This document shows positions 59,013 through 64,000 of a stretch of 64,000 bases of DNA, piece after piece; the stretch's first letter is position 1, and each line of letters begins with the position of its first letter. Origin of the DNA: Candidatus Poribacteria bacterium (lineage in GTDB: Bacteria > Poribacteria > WGA-4E > WGA-3G); assembly GCA_963663765.2 (NCBI GenBank), contig CAXXUA010000006.1:288001-352000 (forward strand). The letters run 5' to 3'. A program made the position numbers and the translations under genes. Under the pieces are notes generated by a model. The model was not told the origin of the DNA. It made no database searches and saw only the letters and a program-made list of their open reading frames with translations.

Positions 59013-60962
59013 CTACTCAATCTCCCACAGCAGCAACTGCCCCTGCCTATCCAGGCTTGCCAACGTCGTGCCGAACGCAGCGAATTCCAGTTGAAAAACT
59101 GAGGTGCCACCACCATTAAACGTCTGCAGCACTGCACCTGTCGTGGCATCCAAGATGTGAATCTTCTCTTGAGAATACCCCACCGCGAGTTTCTCCCCAT
59201 CCGGATGATACGCAAGGCTATTCACAGAAAGCTGCGGTTGTCCAAAATGTGTTTTGACCTTATAGGTGCTGGTGTCCAACAGATGAATGGTGCCGCGTTG
59301 GTCAGCAATTGCGAGTGTGTTCCCATCCGGACTATAGGCAACACACCTTATGTCATTTATCTGCGGTTTGATGTCAGGTTTTCTCTCGTCGGTTTCCGCA
59401 TCCCAGAAACGCACCTTCCTATCATAACTGACAGTCACAAGCGTCTTCTTGTCCGGACTATAGGCGACATCCCTAATACTATTATTCTGTCCCCTAATAC
59501 TCTCTTTATATTCCATAAGTGTCCGTTTCCTCTGGTGTGTGTCCGCATCCCACATCTGAACAGTATTATCCCCGCAACCCATTACCAACGTGTTCCCATC
59601 CGGACTATAGGTGACACTCCAAACCCCACCCATATCCACCAGCAGCGTCTTTCCCCTTCTGATTTTGTTGCGATCCAACAAACGGACTGTGCCGTTCCGA
59701 CTTGCAGTTACTATCGTTCTACCATCCGGACTGAACGCAACATCATCAACCCAGTCTTGTCGTTCACTATTGTAAGTTCTTAGTAATTTACCGGTCGCCG
59801 TATCCCAAAGACACATGTAGCTTTCCCTACTCGGAGAGACGATGGACTTACTATCCGGACTGAAAGCGAAACAGGAAAAACCGCCAAAATGTTCTTTTTC
59901 GGTGTGCCTGTTCTTACCGGCAGCAACGTCCCACACACGCAACGTGCCATCACGACTGCCACTGGCAATGGAACGCATATCCGGACTGAACGAAATCGCT
60001 TGAATTGGCTCTCGATGTCCTTTCAGAATTTGCTTCTGTTCGGCTGTGCTTGTCTGGTAAATTACAATTGAATTGAAGTTTTGATCCACAGCGAAGAGAC
60101 TACCTTCTGGACTGAAAGCGATGCGGATTGAACCACCGAACTTACCAGCAATTGTATGTGTCTGTTTCCATCTCTCCGTGTTCCAGATACTGACACCACT
60201 AAACATACCCAAATACGCCAACGTTGTGCCATCCGGACTGAACACCAGCCAATCAAGTGACCATTCATTTATTTCAAGCGTGTGCAAACGTTCCCCAGAA
60301 AGTAGGTCCCACAACTTCACTTGATTGTTATAAGGTCCAGTCGCAAGCAACATATCTACGGGACTGATCGCATAAGTATGCACACCTTCATGCAGTTCTT
60401 TAATCTTACCAATCTCATGTTGTTTTTTACCGGTATCAAGCGACCAATGTTTGATGTGTCCAGCATTGTCTACTGTCACAAGCAATTTCGCATTAGACGT
60501 GATACCGACGACTTGGATATTGTCTTCGACTACAAGATGTTCGTGTATATGTTGATCCCCGTCTACAAGCCGAACTCGGTCTACAAGTTTATATTGATGC
60601 TCACCCGTTTTGCTGTTCCATAGATTGACATTACCCCTCTTGTCTAGACCGGCAAGCCGTTCACCATCCGGACTGAACACGAGTTGGTCAACAGAGGCAC
60701 GGGAATTCGTCAGTAAGTGCTGCGGTTGGAATGTGACCGCATCGTATAGCCAAATGCCGTTAGATGTTGCCACCGCCAGCTGCCTGCCGTCAATACTGTA
60801 TTTGACGTCGTATATAAGTCCTTTACCGAGTCGTGCTCTTGCACCATCAGGTAAGCCGAAAAAGGTGTGTGGTTCTTGCGCAAAAACATCGGGCAGGTAG
60901 AGTGTTGAAAGGGTCAAGATGAGTATGTATATTGTGATGTGCATTCGGTTTTTGGTCTGCAT
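59013..60962 (-). CDS. Secreted WD40-repeat protein, tandem copy 5
   Basis: Paralog; 649 aa. Confidence 0.88.
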   Translation of the reverse strand: MQTKNRMHITIYILILTLSTLYLPDVFAQEPHTFFGLPDGARARLGKGLIYDVKYSIDGRQLAVATSNGIWLYDAVTFQPQHLLTNSRASVDQLVFSPDGERLAGLDKRGNVNLWNSKTGEHQYKLVDRVRLVDGDQHIHEHLVVEDNIQVVGITSNAKLLVTVDNAGHIKHWSLDTGKKQHEIGKIKELHEGVHTYAISPVDMLLATGPYNNQVKLWDLLSGERLHTLEINEWSLDWLVFSPDGTTLAYLGMFSGVSIWNTERWKQTHTIAGKFGGSIRIAFSPEGSLFAVDQNFNSIVIYQTSTAEQKQILKGHREPIQAISFSPDMRSIASGSRDGTLRVWDVAAGKNRHTEKEHFGGFSCFAFSPDSKSIVSPSRESYMCLWDTATGKLLRTYNSERQDWVDDVAFSPDGRTIVTASRNGTVRLLDRNKIRRGKTLLVDMGGVWSVTYSPDGNTLVMGCGDNTVQMWDADTHQRKRTLMEYKESIRGQNNSIRDVAYSPDKKTLVTVSYDRKVRFWDAETDERKPDIKPQINDIRCVAYSPDGNTLAIADQRGTIHLLDTSTYKVKTHFGQPQLSVNSLAYHPDGEKLAVGYSQEKIHILDATTGAVLQTFNGGGTSVFQLEFAAFGTTLASLDRQGQLLLWEIE

Positions 60963-61163
60963 GTGTGTGTGCCGTGCGTTTTTATTAAGTCAATATGTAT
61001 ATATATTATACCCAACCTGCCAGGATCATGACAAGGGGTTGTCTGAATTGCGTCCTCCGTGCTTTTGTCTGAACCAGGATTTACAAGATTTTCGGATTTC
61101 CAGGATTATGAGTTTGACGCGTTATCCACCTAACCAAAAGTAAGCATAAACGCGCATCATATA

Positions 61164-62700
61164 TACCTGGATGTGGGACATCTTGTCCATCCAGGTTCAG
61201 ACAATACACCCGCGGACAGTCGCGACCGGGAGGTCGCTCCTACCAAGAGGGTTTCTCCGCGTGCCTCCGCATCCTCTGGGATTTTGTCTGAACCTGGATT
61301 TTCAGGATTTTGTGATTTTCAGGATTAGTGTCTTGTGCGGTCTGATGCTATTCACAAGGAAGCCAAAACGCACACAAAAATACCTGGATGTGGGAAATCC
61401 TCTCCATCTGGTAATCCTGTACTTCCTGGTTCAGACAATACACCCGCGGACAGTCGCGACCGGGAGGTCGCTCCTACCAAGAGGGTTTCTCCGCGTGCCT
61501 CCGCATCCTCTGGGATTTTGTCTGAACCTGGATTTTCAGGATTTTGTGATTTTCAGGATTAGTGTCTTGTGCGGTCTGATGCTATTCACAAGGAAGCCAA
61601 AACGCACACAAAAATACCTGGATGTGGGAAATCCTCTCCATCTGGTAATCCTGTACTTCCTGGTTCAGACAATACACCCGCGGACAGTCGCGACCGGGAG
61701 GTCGCTCCTACCAAGAGGGCTTCTCCGCGTGCCTCCGCATCCTCTGGGATTTTGTCTGAACCTGGATTTTCAGGATTTTGTGATTTTCAGGATTAGTGTC
61801 TTGTGCGGTCTGATGCTATTCACAAGGAAGCCAAAACGCACACAAAAATACCTGGATGTGGGAAATCCTCTCCATCTGGTAATCTTGTCCATCCAAGTTC
61901 AGACAATACACCCGCGGACAGTCGCGACCGGGAGGTCGCTCCTACCAAGAGGGCTTCTCCGCGTGCCTCCGCATCCTCTGGGATTTTGTCTGAACCAGGA
62001 TTTTCAGGATTTTGTGATTTTCAGGATTAGTGTCTTGTGCGGTCTGATGCTATTCACAAGGAAGCCAAAACGCACACAAAAATACCTGGATGTGGGAAAT
62101 CCTCTCCATCTGGTAATCTTGTCCATCCAGGTTCAGACAATACACCCGCGGACAGTCGCGACCGGGAGGTCGCTCCTACCAAGAGGGTTTCTCCGCGTGC
62201 CTCCGCATCCTCTGGGATTTTGTCTGAACCTGGATTTTCAGGATTTTGTGATTTTCAGGATTAGTGTCTTGTGCGGTCTGATGCTATTCACAAGGAAGCC
62301 AAAACGCACACAAAAAATACCTGGATGTGGGAAATCCTCTCCATCTGGTAATCCTGTACTTCCTGGTTCAGACAATACACCCGTGGACAGTCGCGACCGG
62401 GAGGTCGCTCCTACCAAGAGGGCTTCTCCGCGTCCTCCGCATCCTCTGGGATTTTGTCTGAACCTGGATTTTCAGGATTTTGTGATTTTCAGGATTAGTG
62501 TCTTGTGCGGTCTGATGCTATTCACAAGGAAGCCTAAACCCACACAAAAATACCTGGATGTGGGAAATCTTGTCCATCCAGGTTCAGACAATACACCCGC
62601 GGACAGTCGCGACCGGGAGGTCGCTCCTACCAAGAGGGTTTCTCCGCGTGCCTCCGCATCCTCTGGGATTTTGTCTGAACCTGGATTTTCAGGATTTACG
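61164..62700. repeat. 234-bp tandem repeat, about 6.5 units (family H element plus REP)
   Basis: Repeated ORFs at 61335, 61569, 61803 and 62037 (234-bp spacing); seven copies of GTCGCGACCGGGAGGTCGCTCCTACC. Confidence 0.9.
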
Positions 62701-62831
62701 GATTACCAGGATTTTTCTCATCTATGTTTTTTGGTGTGCGTTATACTTACTTTTGGTTAGGAGCATAACGAGCCAAACCCATAATCTTGGAAATCTGTAA
62801 ATCCTGTAAATCCTGGTTCAGACAAATAACA

Positions 62832-63893
62832 TCACTCACGCACATCCCACATGCGCACGGTGTTGTCCGAACTAGCACTGGCAAGGGCATTACCATCCGG
62901 ACTGAACGCTACGTTGTTGACATAATTCGTATGCCCTGTGAGTGTGCGGATATGTGTGCCATCACTTATGTTCCACAAACGGACGGTATCGTCACCACTG
63001 CCACTTGCGATAGTGCTCCCATCCGGACTGAACGCTACGGTGGTGACAAAAATCGTATGCCCTATGAGTGTGCGGATATGTGTGCCATCACTTGCGTTCC
63101 ACATGCGCACGGTGTTGTCACCACTGCCACTTGCGATAGTGCTCCCATCCGGACTAAACGTTACGCTGTAGACCCAATGTGTATGCCCTGTAAGGGTTTG
63201 GATATGTGTGCCATCACTTGTGTTCCACAATCGGATGGTTCTGTCAACACTGCCACTTGCGATAGTGCTCCCATCCGGACTAAACGTTACACTGTAGACC
63301 CAATCCGTATGTCCTGTGAGTGTGCGGATATGCGTGCCGTTATTTGTGTTCCACAAACGGATGGTATTGTCAACACTGGCACTTGCGATTGTGCTCCCAT
63401 CCGGACTAAACGCTACGCTGTAGACCCAATGTGTATGCCCTGTGAGTGTGCGGATATGTGTGCCGTTATTTGCGTTCCACAAACGGATGGTGTTGTCCCG
63501 ACTTCCACTTGCGATTATGCTCCCATCCGGACTAAACGCTACGTTGCGGACCCAATCTGTATGTCCTGTGAGTGTTCGGATATGTGTGCCATCATTTGCG
63601 TTCCACAAACGGATGGTGTTGTCCGAACTACAACTTGCGAGTATGCTCCCATCCGGACTAAACGCTACGCTGGTGACAAAATCAGTATGTCCTGTGAGAG
63701 TGCCGACAAAATAGACTTTTTCCGGTTCCTCCGGTTCTTCCGGTTCTTCCGGTTTGGTTCCATTCTTTTGGTTATCCATGTTGTTAGCCATCATTTGGTG
63801 GTCTTTATCTGTTGAGTCAACATTATCATCGCCGCCACACGCGACCATTATAATGCAGAGGAAAAGGCTGAGTATCACTAAACTTCTTTTCAT
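62832..63893 (-). CDS. WD40-repeat lipoprotein (single 7-bladed propeller)
   Basis: Lipobox MVAC, (EEP)n linker, seven near-identical 42-aa repeats; AAGGAG RBS. Confidence 0.9.
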   Translation of the reverse strand: MKRSLVILSLFLCIIMVACGGDDNVDSTDKDHQMMANNMDNQKNGTKPEEPEEPEEPEKVYFVGTLTGHTDFVTSVAFSPDGSILASCSSDNTIRLWNANDGTHIRTLTGHTDWVRNVAFSPDGSIIASGSRDNTIRLWNANNGTHIRTLTGHTHWVYSVAFSPDGSTIASASVDNTIRLWNTNNGTHIRTLTGHTDWVYSVTFSPDGSTIASGSVDRTIRLWNTSDGTHIQTLTGHTHWVYSVTFSPDGSTIASGSGDNTVRMWNASDGTHIRTLIGHTIFVTTVAFSPDGSTIASGSGDDTVRLWNISDGTHIRTLTGHTNYVNNVAFSPDGNALASASSDNTVRMWDVRE

Positions 63894-64000
63894 ATATAAC
63901 TCCTTGTGTATGTAATATCTTGACATATTACAACATCAACGAAAACATATCAATCTTTGTCTCACTTGAGAGGTGTGTACGATGCGTCTTGTGGTTGGGG

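Noticed and set aside
49951-60962. Diversity-generating retroelement acting on the WD40 array
   Set aside because: No reverse transcriptase in the window; differences are segmental, include indels and are not visibly adenine-specific.
61171-62760. 529-aa protein-coding gene
   Set aside because: Made entirely of the 234-bp non-coding repeat unit, and switches repeat frame after a 1-nt insertion.

Overview
Bacterial genomic window. Secreted WD40/dockerin, LamG and discoidin-like proteins, and the C-terminal motif V-D-P-K-x-K-L-T-T-T-W-G-S-I-K, suggest Candidatus Poribacteria; this is an inference. The left part carries housekeeping and metabolic genes: UbiD-family decarboxylase, TrxB-like oxidoreductase, polA, RRM protein, degenerate AAA+ ATPase, uridine kinase, three Hsp20, aquaporin, sulfatase-like hydrolase, O-antigen ligase/barrel/OmpA, Gfo/Idh/MocA, enolase superfamily, nucleoside hydrolase, dacB and an SDR. 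The right part (about 39.8-64 kb) is accessory: a LamG-metalloprotease, a decayed phage tail-tube-like gene, a ParA+HEPN pair, three discoidin-like paralogs, five tandem mosaic WD40 genes and a WD40 lipoprotein. The top finding is the third discoidin-like paralog (48787-49464, minus). It has a single in-frame TGA exactly where its two neighbours encode Cys (KWC-C-GP vs KWC-*-GP), followed 10 nt later by a SECIS-like hairpin, making it a candidate secreted selenoprotein. The second theme is that intergenic DNA is built from nested non-autonomous elements. There are many REP-like palindrome families, at least eight TIR-bounded MITE families with readable target duplications (several with filled and empty sites in the window), a MITE duplicating 19-20 bp of its target, and a TIR-less 34-36 bp hairpin element that inserts into REPs and into itself. 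No transposase, CRISPR array, rRNA or tRNA was recognised.
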